Shown here: one piece after another, positions 39,061-48,562 of the stretch | Layout of the letters: the number at the start of each line of letters is the position of its first letter | Numbering within the stretch: position 1 is the stretch's first letter | Origin: Spirochaetia bacterium | GTDB taxonomy: Bacteria; Spirochaetota; Spirochaetia; SZUA-6; Bin103 | NCBI GenBank assembly: GCA_965208575.1 | Contig: CBDBOV010000004.1 | Span: 768,001-832,000 of the forward strand | DNA: 64,000 nt | Direction of reading: 5' to 3' | Translations under genes and position numbers: made by a program | Notes under the pieces: model-generated | What the model was told of the DNA's origin: nothing | Seen by the model: only the letters and a program-made list of their open reading frames with translations | Database searches by the model: none

Positions 39061-39696
39061 CTAGGGCGCGGCGAGAAAGTCTCTGCCCAGGCGATGTGCG
39101 GTGGCGAGATTGCGCGTCCTGGCCTGGGCCGCCGCCCCGGGATCTTCCGTGCCGGGCAGGAGCACGAATTCGCAGTGGCCGACACCGACCGCGGGCGGCA
39201 GGCGGTCGCTGGCGAAGATCCGGCGCATGCCCTCGGCAACGCCCGACTGTTGGAAGGCATCGCCCGTGTTGCCGCCGGGACACAGGACCAGCGCCCTGTC
39301 GATCGACAGCCGCGGATACCGGAATGTCTCGCCCGGCAGGCCGTAATCGTAGGCGTAGCCGCACACCCAGACGCGGTCGAACCATCCCTTCAGCTTGGCA
39401 GGGCAGTCGCTCCACCACACCGGGAACACGAACGCCAGGCCATCGGCGCGGGCGATCTTCGCATGCTCCGCCCGCACGTCGGCGGGCAGCGGGCCGTGCG
39501 CCCGGTTGCCATGCACGTTGGTCTCACGTTCGTACTCGGCGAGCGTCATGTCGGATCGGAAACCCATCGCGTACAGGTCGCCGACCTCGAAGGTGTGCCC
39601 TCCCTCCTCAAGGCCGCGGCAGAGTGCATCCAGCACGGCTCCGGTAAACGACCGCCTGGTCGGGTGCGCGTACACGACGTAAGCATGCATGACCAC
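39061..39696 (-). CDS. NAD(P)H-dependent oxidoreductase, flavodoxin-like fold
   Basis: 'VYAHP...SF', 'DLY...F', 'FVFPVWWSDCPA.LKGWFDRV'. Confidence 0.88.
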   Translation of the reverse strand: MVMHAYVVYAHPTRRSFTGAVLDALCRGLEEGGHTFEVGDLYAMGFRSDMTLAEYERETNVHGNRAHGPLPADVRAEHAKIARADGLAFVFPVWWSDCPAKLKGWFDRVWVCGYAYDYGLPGETFRYPRLSIDRALVLCPGGNTGDAFQQSGVAEGMRRIFASDRLPPAVGVGHCEFVLLPGTEDPGAAAQARTRNLATAHRLGRDFLAAP

Positions 39697-39710
39697 CTCC
39701 GCGACGTGTT

Positions 39711-41468
39711 TCAGTGACCGGCGCGGTAATCGAAGACGGAGGAGGACCCGACCATCTCACGAAACCACAGGGTGGCTTCAGCGCCCATGGAGTCGGTGAG
39801 CCGGACAGCTTCGTTCAAGCTGAAGTGCACGGGCTGTTGCACACCGTCGTTGATCGCGATGTTGTCTGCGAACAAGTAGGACCGGTCCAGGCTGTCAAGT
39901 ATCGGGTTCAACCGCCCCCGGACGCCGGGAAGATGCCCCCTCCGATTGGCGATGATCATCGAGCCGCCGGTCGGCTCCGGGGACACCCGCACCTCAAGGG
40001 GCCGGTTTGGGACGAAATTGGTGGACACACCCGCCTTGAACCCGGGCCCGGCACACAGCACGGTCATCGGCAGTCGCGCGTGCAATTCGAAGTCGGCATG
40101 CCCAAATACATCGGTGCGCCCCTCGCGATAGGTCTTGTTTGGATACACCATCAGCACGTGGATACCCTGGAGCGGCTCACCGGTATCGTCCCGGAGGACC
40201 GTGATGCGGGCCGCGATTCCGTCGGGCAAGGGGGGGCTGGCAGCCGGCAGTGACACCTTCAATTCCCGCTCCCCGATCAACTCAAAGACCGGTTTCCGTC
40301 CGGCAAGGGCGAACGTCTCGTCCTCGATGACCGGGATGCCCTCCCCACGGCGCTGGATGAAGTATTCGCGCCCTCCTGCACCCGGCACGTCACCGACCGG
40401 ACACTGTCCAAGCCGGGACGCCAGCAGTTCGTTTCGAGTGAACTGACTGGTACGTAAATCTTCTACCTTCATGGAATTACACAGACCACCCGGTGAGTAG
40501 ATCTCCATGCGGTCATCGAACATGAATAGGCGGATCTTCGATCCTGATACCGCGTAGTCGCGATGCACCACCGCGTTCACTACCACCTCGAACACCGCAC
40601 GTTCGCTGAATTGCGGCACGTCGCTGCGGGCCGGCTGCTGCCGAGCCGCGATGCGCCGGTTGCGGACAACGAACCGCATGGCATCCCGAATCTGCTGGTC
40701 AAGCGGACCTCCGATGTCCTGCGCATCGAGCTGTCGATTGCCGTCCAGACGGTTGCCCTGGTAGCAGACGGCCTGGATGTAGGCGTTGGGTAGCCACTGG
40801 CGCGGATCGTCGGCGCCGAGCAGCACACCGCCAACCGTTGCGCGAACCGTGCCGCGCTGGTCGTCCTTGACGAACTTCAGTTTGGTCAGCGCGATCTCGT
40901 CAGGATCTCTGGCTCTCGAACTGGCGTAGCGGCGCCACAACTCCGGTCGCAAAGTGTTGACTCCCGTGTTGCGGACCACCTGGGAGTCGGTCGCCGCCAC
41001 ATCCGACTGGCCGCGCACTTGCAGCAGCCGGCGAATCTCGTCAGGTTGCATCTGCCGCTTCGTATCCCCCCGCCGCCGCAGGTACCCGCCCGGAGAACGA
41101 TGGACAGCGTTTCCCTCGGGAATCTCGACAACCAGAACGCCACCTTCTTCCGCCGGTGTCAAAAGAGGAACTCGATATATGCTGAAGTCCATAGGCGGCT
41201 CTACACTGTCCGTGCAGATTTCCGTGACGTAGTCCGCCAACGCGTCCAACTGCTCGGGCTTGAGCGCCTGCGGCTCACGATCGTCCGACACACCCAAAAC
41301 GAGACGTCCGCCGTCCGAATTGGCGAACGCCGCGAACTCGTCGGCGAGGCTGTCACGACGCGGCGCCGAAACCTGGCTCCCGCGAAGCCTGACATCCTTG
41401 AGTTCGAGTCCGCTGTCTTCACCGAGACCAATCTGCTGCCATATGCGTGACGAATCGATCGGCATCAC
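39711..41468 (-). CDS. AlbA_2/Schlafen domain + HATPase_c_4-like domain + extra beta-rich C-terminal domain
   Basis: 'GED..LELK', 'AAFANSDGG.LVLGV.DD', 'E.VVNAVVHRDY', 'FDDR.EI.SPGGL', 'RN..L', 'RGEGI'. Confidence 0.82.
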   Translation of the reverse strand: MMPIDSSRIWQQIGLGEDSGLELKDVRLRGSQVSAPRRDSLADEFAAFANSDGGRLVLGVSDDREPQALKPEQLDALADYVTEICTDSVEPPMDFSIYRVPLLTPAEEGGVLVVEIPEGNAVHRSPGGYLRRRGDTKRQMQPDEIRRLLQVRGQSDVAATDSQVVRNTGVNTLRPELWRRYASSRARDPDEIALTKLKFVKDDQRGTVRATVGGVLLGADDPRQWLPNAYIQAVCYQGNRLDGNRQLDAQDIGGPLDQQIRDAMRFVVRNRRIAARQQPARSDVPQFSERAVFEVVVNAVVHRDYAVSGSKIRLFMFDDRMEIYSPGGLCNSMKVEDLRTSQFTRNELLASRLGQCPVGDVPGAGGREYFIQRRGEGIPVIEDETFALAGRKPVFELIGERELKVSLPAASPPLPDGIAARITVLRDDTGEPLQGIHVLMVYPNKTYREGRTDVFGHADFELHARLPMTVLCAGPGFKAGVSTNFVPNRPLEVRVSPEPTGGSMIIANRRGHLPGVRGRLNPILDSLDRSYLFADNIAINDGVQQPVHFSLNEAVRLTDSMGAEATLWFREMVGSSSVFDYRAGH

Positions 41469-41505
41469 CTCTCCCGCCGCCTACAGAATAGCGCGATACC
41501 GGGAT

Positions 41506-43077
41506 TCATGCTCCGTCGGGACCGGCGCTCCCGCGGTTTGCGGCGGTAGCAGTCGGCCGCGGCACTGAAGCCAGCGGGAAGCGGGCGCCGCGGTCGAGGG
41601 GGTAGAGGCCGGGGCGCAGGCGGCGGTAGCGGTAGGCGGCGAAGTCGGGGCGGTGCACGCCCGGCGTGTCGAGGTCGAAGATGCGTTCGGCGATCTGCTG
41701 GTAGGTGCTGCGGAAGTGCACGGCCGACTTGAGCGCCACCAGGCGCTGCCTGCGCGGCTCGATGCCGACGCTGCGCAGCAGTTCCGCGTCGAGCGGCTGC
41801 ACCCGGCGCTCGGTCACCACCACCCGCACGCCGCCGCTCTGCAGCACCGCGGTACGGCCCATCTCGGTGACCCCGCCCGCGCCCATGCGGCTGCGGGTCA
41901 GGAAGCGGCCGTCCGACAGCAGCCGCACCACCGCGCGCAGCGCCAGCGGGTCGCCGTGGCGGCGGTCGGTCTTGCCGCCGAGGCGCACCTCGATCGTCTC
42001 CCCTACTCCGGCCGCGACGGCCACGCCTACTGCTTCGGGGTCGGCGATCACTGCCACCACCGCGTCCTCGGCGCCGGCTGCGAGCAACTCGCGCAGCACC
42101 ACGGTGCCGTCGCACGGCGCGCCGCCGCCCGGGTTGTCGGAGCCGTCGGCCAGCACTACGAGGCCGGTCGCCTGCTCGCGGGCGAAGCGGGTCGCCTCCG
42201 CGACCGGCGTCAGGGTCACGTCGAAGGCGCGCCGGCGCCGCCAGACGGCGCGCGCCAGTTCGGCCGCGTGCGCGGCGGCCAGTTCCGCCGAGCCGTCCGC
42301 GGTGACCAGTACCGACGTGCCGGCGTTGCGGATGTCCGCGAACGGAAAGCCGTACGCGATGGTGGCATCCAGCACCGCCGGCTGCCGCGCCACGGCCTGC
42401 GCACGGCGCAGCAGGGCGCGCGCCGGCGCGATCAGGGTGCATTGCTTCGGCGGCATGGTGAGGAGCGGCAACTGCACGTACGCAAGCCGCGGCCGTACCG
42501 TCTCCGCCGCGGCGGCGTGGATCAGCCTGCACGCCTGCACGCCGCGCTCGAACACGTCCACGTGCGGGTACTCCTCGAACCCGACAATCGCGTCGGCGTG
42601 CGCGGCCATGCGCGCGGTGACGTTGGCGTGCAGGTCGATGGTGACCACCAGCGGCACGCCGGCGCCCAGCACCGCGCGCGTGCGCTCGATCAGGTCGCCC
42701 TCCACGTCCTCCAGGTGCTCGCTCACCATGGCGCCGTGCAGGTCGAGCAGCACCCCGCGGCAGCCGGCCTGCCGGCGCCGCCGCGCGAGGCGCTCCAGCA
42801 ACACCCCTGCGAGTGCCTCGTACGCGGTTCGCTCCACCACGCCCGACGGGGTGGCGTACGCCCACAGCAGCGGCTCCAGCTCGAATCCCAGCTCTTCGGC
42901 AGCGGCCAGGTAGCCGCCGTGCACGGTACGGGTGCCGCGAAAGCGGCGGCGGATCCGCTCCGGCGAGGCATCGGCGGCCGGCGCGCCGGCGAAGTCGAAG
43001 TCCGCCAGCCGCGTGGGCGTAACGGCGAACGTGTTGGTCTCGTGGCCGATGGCGGCGCTGAAGAAACGGGCGGCCAT
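41506..43077 (-). CDS. M81-family metallopeptidase (MlrC-like)
   Basis: 'HETNTF', 'LDLHGAM', 'DLHAN', 'YPH.D', 'D..DNPGGGA..D.T', 'KS.VHFR'. Confidence 0.9.
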   Translation of the reverse strand: MAARFFSAAIGHETNTFAVTPTRLADFDFAGAPAADASPERIRRRFRGTRTVHGGYLAAAEELGFELEPLLWAYATPSGVVERTAYEALAGVLLERLARRRRQAGCRGVLLDLHGAMVSEHLEDVEGDLIERTRAVLGAGVPLVVTIDLHANVTARMAAHADAIVGFEEYPHVDVFERGVQACRLIHAAAAETVRPRLAYVQLPLLTMPPKQCTLIAPARALLRRAQAVARQPAVLDATIAYGFPFADIRNAGTSVLVTADGSAELAAAHAAELARAVWRRRRAFDVTLTPVAEATRFAREQATGLVVLADGSDNPGGGAPCDGTVVLRELLAAGAEDAVVAVIADPEAVGVAVAAGVGETIEVRLGGKTDRRHGDPLALRAVVRLLSDGRFLTRSRMGAGGVTEMGRTAVLQSGGVRVVVTERRVQPLDAELLRSVGIEPRRQRLVALKSAVHFRSTYQQIAERIFDLDTPGVHRPDFAAYRYRRLRPGLYPLDRGARFPLASVPRPTATAANRGSAGPDGA

Positions 43078-43150
43078 GTGTCCAATATCGGCAACCGCCG
43101 GAGGCCGCCGCACGCCGCCGCCTGTTGTTATATTGGAACCTCCGGTAGAC

Positions 43151-45529
43151 ATGGAGCAGACCATTCCGCAGCACATCCGCGACCGGCTCGCGGCGGCCGG
43201 AGTACGCCCGGAGGAGGTGCGCCACGCGGTGCGTTCCGACCTCGACGCGGACGGCCGCTACGGGTCGCAGTGGGCGCTGGCCACGGACACCGCCCTGCAC
43301 CTGGTGAACGCCGAGCGCGTCGACTCGCACGCGCTTGCGGATCTCGGCGAAATGCAGGTGCAGGCGCTGGTCACCGGCGGTCTGCTCATGACGAGCCCCG
43401 GAGCCGCCGGCACGGAGGGTGTGGCATCTGCCACCGTCGCGGCGGCACACGGCGCCGCCACGGCCGCGCCGCTTGCCGATCCGGCCGGCACGGACGGCGC
43501 GCTCTCCGAACCCGCTCCGGCGGGCCCTGGTGACGACGCGGCCGCGCCGGCGCCGGACGCGGCGGACGGCGCCGAGCTGGATCGCCTGCTGCTGCGCTTC
43601 ACCAACAGCGAGGCGCAGCGGTTCGAGACGTTCGCCCGCGCGGTGGCCGCCCTGCAGAAGGGCGAGCGGGCACAGGCGGTCGAGGCGGAGCGGGAGCGCC
43701 ACTGCCCGCGCTGCGGGCTGCGCTACCCCGACCAGCACCGCAACGTGTGTCCGCGCTGCATAGACAAGCGCGGCCTGTTTCTGCGCGTGCTTGGTTACCT
43801 GACCCCCTACCGCGGCTGGGTGGCGGTGATCGCCGCCGCCATGGTCGCCGCCGCCGGGCTGCGCACGGTCGCGCCGCTGCTCAGCGGGCGGGTGCTGTTC
43901 GACGACGTGCTCGATCCGGCGGGGCGCTTCCACGGCCACCTCGCCGAGCTGATCGCCGTTCTGGTGGGCGTGCACCTCCTCGGCGTCCTGGCGGAGGTGC
44001 TGCACATGCGCATTACCGCGCGCGTCTCGGTGAGCATGATCTACGACCTCAAGAACGAGATCTTCGCGGCGCTGCAGCGGCTGTCGCTCGGGTTCTTCAC
44101 CCGCAAGCAGACCGGCGGGCTGATGGTTCGGGTCAATCACGACTCGGACAACCTCAACTACTTCTTCATCGACGGCCTGCCCTACTTCGTCGTCAACCTG
44201 GTGCAGATCGTGGCGATCGTGTCCGCCATGGCCGCTCTGCACTGGCCGCTTGCACTGCTGCTCCTGATCCCGGCGCCGCTGGTGATACTGATCATCCGGC
44301 GGCTGGTTCCGCAGATCTGGCGCCTGTTCGGCCGGCAGTACCGTTCGCTGGCGGTCCTCAACGGCGTGGTGGAGGACTCCCTGAGCGGCGTCCGGGTGGT
44401 CAAGGCGTTCGGCAAGGAACAGGAAGAGATCGAGCGCTTCGGGCCGGTCAACGACGAGGTGTTCCGCGCCCACCGCCGCACCCAGCGCACGCTGGCCGCC
44501 CTGTTCCCGTCCGTGGCCTTCCTGACCCAGGTGGGCGGGCTGGTGGTGTGGGCGGTAGGCGGCTGGCAGGTGGTGGCCGGCAACCTGACCTTCGGCGTAC
44601 TGATGAGCTTCGTCGGCTTCGTGGCACTGCTGTATGAGCCGTTGCGGTTCATGACCAAGGTGGTGGAGTGGTGGTCGGCCGCCATGAACTCCGCGCAGCG
44701 CATCTTCGAGATCCTCGATACGGTGCCCGAGGTCGCCGAACGCGCCGATCCGGTGCCGCTGCCGGAGATGCGGGGCGCCGTGGAATTGCGCGGCGTCACG
44801 TTCGGCTACGAGCCCAACAAGCCGGTGCTGCACGAGATCGACCTGCGGGTGGCCGCCGGCGAGACGGTGGGGCTGGTGGGGCGCACCGGCGCCGGCAAGT
44901 CGACTCTGATCAACCTGATGACCCGGCTGTACGACACCGGCTCCGGCCAGGTGCTGATCGACGGCATCGACGTGCGTGACATGCGCACCGCCGACCTGCG
45001 CCGCCAGGTGGGCATCATTCTGCAGGATCCCTACCTGTTCGCCGGCAGCGTGGCCGACAACATCGCCTACGGGCGTCCCGGCGCCAGCCGCGCGGAAGTG
45101 GTCGCGGCGGCACGGGCCGCGTTCGCCCACGACTTCATCACCGCGCTGCCCAACGGCTACGACACCGTGATCGGCAGCCGCGGCCACGGACTGTCCGGCG
45201 GCGAGCGGCAGCGCCTGTCGATCGCCCGCGCGGTGCTGCTCGATCCGCGCATCCTGATCCTGGACGAGGCGACCTCGTCGGTGGACTCGGCCACCGAGGA
45301 GATGATCCAGCACGCCCTGGAGCGGCTGATCCGCGGCCGCACCACCATCGCCATTGCCCACCGGCTGTCGACCCTGCGCATGGCGGACCGGCTGGTGGTG
45401 GTGGAAGAAGGCCGCCTGGTGGAGCAGGGCACGCACGACGAGTTGATGGCAGGCGGCGGCGTATACAGCCGGCTGGCGCGCAAACAGCAGGATGCCCTGG
45501 CGGTGATCGGGATCGGCGTCGAGCGATGA
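43151..45529 (+). CDS. Fused ABC exporter (TMD+NBD) with N-terminal extension and CxxC..CxxC zinc ribbon
   Basis: 'HCPRCG...VCPRC', GRTGAGKST, LSGGERQR, ILILDEATSSVD. Confidence 0.9.
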   Translation: MEQTIPQHIRDRLAAAGVRPEEVRHAVRSDLDADGRYGSQWALATDTALHLVNAERVDSHALADLGEMQVQALVTGGLLMTSPGAAGTEGVASATVAAAHGAATAAPLADPAGTDGALSEPAPAGPGDDAAAPAPDAADGAELDRLLLRFTNSEAQRFETFARAVAALQKGERAQAVEAERERHCPRCGLRYPDQHRNVCPRCIDKRGLFLRVLGYLTPYRGWVAVIAAAMVAAAGLRTVAPLLSGRVLFDDVLDPAGRFHGHLAELIAVLVGVHLLGVLAEVLHMRITARVSVSMIYDLKNEIFAALQRLSLGFFTRKQTGGLMVRVNHDSDNLNYFFIDGLPYFVVNLVQIVAIVSAMAALHWPLALLLLIPAPLVILIIRRLVPQIWRLFGRQYRSLAVLNGVVEDSLSGVRVVKAFGKEQEEIERFGPVNDEVFRAHRRTQRTLAALFPSVAFLTQVGGLVVWAVGGWQVVAGNLTFGVLMSFVGFVALLYEPLRFMTKVVEWWSAAMNSAQRIFEILDTVPEVAERADPVPLPEMRGAVELRGVTFGYEPNKPVLHEIDLRVAAGETVGLVGRTGAGKSTLINLMTRLYDTGSGQVLIDGIDVRDMRTADLRRQVGIILQDPYLFAGSVADNIAYGRPGASRAEVVAAARAAFAHDFITALPNGYDTVIGSRGHGLSGGERQRLSIARAVLLDPRILILDEATSSVDSATEEMIQHALERLIRGRTTIAIAHRLSTLRMADRLVVVEEGRLVEQGTHDELMAGGGVYSRLARKQQDALAVIGIGVER

Positions 45530-46107
45530 GCGACGAGTTGCCAACAATGCACGACCGGGTTCAGCGCGCCAACGGCAGTGGAGCATCGGACGCATCGGAC
45601 GGGTACGTTGCCGAGGTGCGCATGCTGGACCCGGCAGCGCTACGCTTTACCGCTACCGACGGCGGCTTCCTGGCACTCACCGTGACCGGAGATACGGGCG
45701 CCGAGCACTACCCGCGCATCAACGCCTTCCGAACGTTTCCGCTGAGCGCCGCCGACCACTACCTCTCGTTGCGTGCCCCGGACGGCAACGAGATCGGCAT
45801 TCTCGAGTCGCTCGCCGACTTGCGCCCGGACCAGGCGGCGCTGCTGCGCCACGAATTGGAGCGGCGCTACTTCACCCCGGTGATCGAGCGGATTCGCTCC
45901 CTGAAGGAGGAATTCGGCTACTCCTACTGGCTGGTCGATACCGATGCCGGGCAGCGCCGGTTCACGGTGCAGAGCGGCAAGAACAACGTCACGGCGGTCA
46001 GCGACCGCCGTCTGCTGATCGTCGACGTCGACGGCAACCGCTTCTTCGTGGACGACTACCGCAGCCTCGACCGCAACGTGCTGCGCACCCTGGAGACGCT
46101 GCTGTGA
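45526..46107 (+). CDS. DUF1854-domain protein
   Basis: 'R.FPLS....Y.S......EIG....L', 'EL.RRYF.P.I..I', 'W.V.TD.G...F', 'L.I.DVDGNRF'. Confidence 0.8.
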   Translation: MSDELPTMHDRVQRANGSGASDASDGYVAEVRMLDPAALRFTATDGGFLALTVTGDTGAEHYPRINAFRTFPLSAADHYLSLRAPDGNEIGILESLADLRPDQAALLRHELERRYFTPVIERIRSLKEEFGYSYWLVDTDAGQRRFTVQSGKNNVTAVSDRRLLIVDVDGNRFFVDDYRSLDRNVLRTLETLL

Positions 46108-48548
46108 GGCTGCGCTTCGAGCTCCCCGCCGAGGCCGCGGCCGAGCTGGCCGGGATTCTCGGTGCGGAAGTGCACGGTGCGGAAGCGCACGGCGCGGACG
46201 AGCTCGGCGCGGTGGCCGCTCAGTCCGCACCGGGGGCGCAAGCCGTACCGATGGTGCAGGGAGCGCCGGTGGTTCACGCCGATGCGGGGGTGCAGGCCGT
46301 CCCCGAGGAGTACGCCGCACCTTCCGAGCAGGCCGCACCTTTGGAGCAGGCCGCACCTTTGGAGCAGGCCGCACCTTTGGAGCAGGCCGCACCCTTGGTG
46401 CGGTACGCGGTGCCGGCGGACCTGACCGCGGACGGCGCGTTCGGCGACGGCTGGACGGTTGCCACCGACTTGCTGGTGGCGGTGCAGGCGCCCGGCACGC
46501 GCGGCTGGCGCACCCTGCCCCTGAGCCGGGTGGCGCGGTTCCGTGCCGACAACATGGTGGGCAGCGGGCGCCTGGTGGCGGAGCCGGCGACCAACGGCAC
46601 CGGCGGCGCGGACGGCCACGAGCAGATCCTGGCCCACTACTCCATGAGCCATGCGCCGCGCTATGCCACCTTGGCGCGCGGCCTCAACCTGCTGCTGGCC
46701 GGCAAGCGTCCCGCGGTGGACGACGCGCCCGACGAAGGCGTGTGCCCCACCTGCGGCCGCCGCCGCGAGCCCGGCACCCGCGTGTGCCGCGCCTGCACCA
46801 ACCGCGCGGCCATGATGCGCCGGCTGTGGGCCCTGGCCCGCACCCACCTGCGCTGGGTGGTTGCCGCCGTGGCGCTGTTCGCCGCCTTCACCCTGCTGTC
46901 GCTGCTGCCGCCGCAACTCACCCGGATTCTGATCGACAACCACCTGGTGCCGCGGCGCCCCGAGCTGACACCGATTCTGCTGCTGATCGGTGCGCTGGCC
47001 GTCACCTATGGGCTGACCGCGCTCACCGACGCCCTGCGCGGGCGCGCCATGGCGCAGCTCTCCAACGCCCTGGCGCGCGACCTGCGCGGCATGGTGTACA
47101 CCAATGTGCAGAAGCTCTCGCTCGGCTACCTGGGCACGCGCGACGCCGGCGACATCCTCAACCGGGTCAGCAAGGACACGCGCAACATCCAGCAGTTCAT
47201 CAACTTCTGGCTCACCGACAGCGTCGCGCAGGGGCTGTTCCTGGTCGGCGTGGCGGTGATCCTGTTCCTGCGCGAGTGGCGCCTGGCGGTACTGGTGCTG
47301 GCCCCCATTCCGGTGGTGGTGCTGCTCGCCGGCGCGGTGTGGGGCCACGTCCGGTTCCTGTTTCGCCGGCAGGAGCGGCTGTTCGACAAGGTGGACACCC
47401 TGCTGCAGGACATCCTGTCCGGCATCCGTGTCGTCAAGGCATTCGGCCGCGAACGCGCCGAGGTGGACCGCTTCCGCGCACGCAGCGGCGAGCTGCGCGA
47501 GGTGATGCGCGTCAACGAACGCACCTGGGCCAACATGATGCCGCTGTGGAGCTTCGTGATGCGCGCCGGCGAATTCCTGGTGTTCGCGGTCGGCGGCTAC
47601 CTGGTGCTGGGCGAGCGGATGAAGCTCGGCGAGCTGGTCCAATTCGTCCAGTACGCGATGCTGCTATACGGTCCGCTGGTCTGGATCGCCGGCTTGCCGC
47701 GCCGGTTTGCGGAGTCGATGACCGCCGCCGAACGGATATTCGAGTTGATCGACGAGCAGCCGGCGGTTGCCGACGGCGCCCGCCCGCGGCGCCTGGCGAT
47801 CGCGGGGAGCGTGCGGTTCGAGGACGTGGTATTCGGCTACAAGAGTCACGACCCGGTGCTGCACGACGTATCGCTGGAGGTGAGGCCCGGCGAGATGATT
47901 GGCATCGTCGGCCACTCCGGCTCCGGCAAGTCGACCCTGATCAACCTGCTGCTGCGCCTGTACGATCCGGACGAAGGGCGCATCGCCATCGACGGCGTCG
48001 ACCTGCGCGCCATCGAATTGCGCGACCTGCACCGGCAACTCGGCGTGGTGCTGCAGGAGACCTTCCTGTTCGCCGGCAGCATCGCCGAGAACATCGCCTA
48101 CGCGCGGCCCGGCGCCACGCCGGGCGAGCTCATCGCCGCCGCCAAGGTGGCCGGCGCGCACGACTTCATCTGCGCGTTCCCAGACGGCTACGACACGCGC
48201 GTCGGTGAGCGCGGCCAGCGCCTGTCGGGCGGCGAGCGCCAGCGCGTTGCCATCGCCCGCGCCATCCTGCACGACCCGCGCATCCTGATCCTGGACGAGG
48301 CCACCGCCGCGGTGGACACCGAAACCGAGGAGCAGATCCAGGCCGGGCTGTTCGCGCTGATGCAGGGACGTACCACCTTCGCCATCGCCCACCGCCTGTC
48401 TACCCTGCGCCACGCCGACCGGCTGCTGGTGCTCGACAAGGGCCGTATCGCCGAAGTGGGCAGCCACGCCGAACTGATGGCCGCCGGCGGCATCTACCAC
48501 GGCCTCGTGCAGTCGCAACGCCGCATGAACCGCCGCCACGCACTGTAG
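46104..48548 (+). CDS. Second fused ABC exporter with N-terminal extension and zinc ribbon
   Basis: 'VCPTCG....VCRAC', GHSGSGKST, LSGGERQR, ILILDEAT. Confidence 0.9.
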   Translation: MRLRFELPAEAAAELAGILGAEVHGAEAHGADELGAVAAQSAPGAQAVPMVQGAPVVHADAGVQAVPEEYAAPSEQAAPLEQAAPLEQAAPLEQAAPLVRYAVPADLTADGAFGDGWTVATDLLVAVQAPGTRGWRTLPLSRVARFRADNMVGSGRLVAEPATNGTGGADGHEQILAHYSMSHAPRYATLARGLNLLLAGKRPAVDDAPDEGVCPTCGRRREPGTRVCRACTNRAAMMRRLWALARTHLRWVVAAVALFAAFTLLSLLPPQLTRILIDNHLVPRRPELTPILLLIGALAVTYGLTALTDALRGRAMAQLSNALARDLRGMVYTNVQKLSLGYLGTRDAGDILNRVSKDTRNIQQFINFWLTDSVAQGLFLVGVAVILFLREWRLAVLVLAPIPVVVLLAGAVWGHVRFLFRRQERLFDKVDTLLQDILSGIRVVKAFGRERAEVDRFRARSGELREVMRVNERTWANMMPLWSFVMRAGEFLVFAVGGYLVLGERMKLGELVQFVQYAMLLYGPLVWIAGLPRRFAESMTAAERIFELIDEQPAVADGARPRRLAIAGSVRFEDVVFGYKSHDPVLHDVSLEVRPGEMIGIVGHSGSGKSTLINLLLRLYDPDEGRIAIDGVDLRAIELRDLHRQLGVVLQETFLFAGSIAENIAYARPGATPGELIAAAKVAGAHDFICAFPDGYDTRVGERGQRLSGGERQRVAIARAILHDPRILILDEATAAVDTETEEQIQAGLFALMQGRTTFAIAHRLSTLRHADRLLVLDKGRIAEVGSHAELMAAGGIYHGLVQSQRRMNRRHAL
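46314..46397 (+). repeat. In-frame 18-bp tandem repeat (EQAAPL x~4.5)
   Basis: GAGCAGGCCGCACCTTTG units. Confidence 0.9.
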
Positions 48549-48562
48549 GTGGCTTCTGGCAG

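Noticed and set aside
41465-45595. 1376-aa minus-strand ORF and other long overlapping ORFs (e.g. 8804-10783, 14368-16653, 20132-22654, 53078-55474, 61398-63968)
   Set aside because: Shadow frames of real genes in high-GC DNA; Arg/Ala/Gly-rich with no recognisable motifs.
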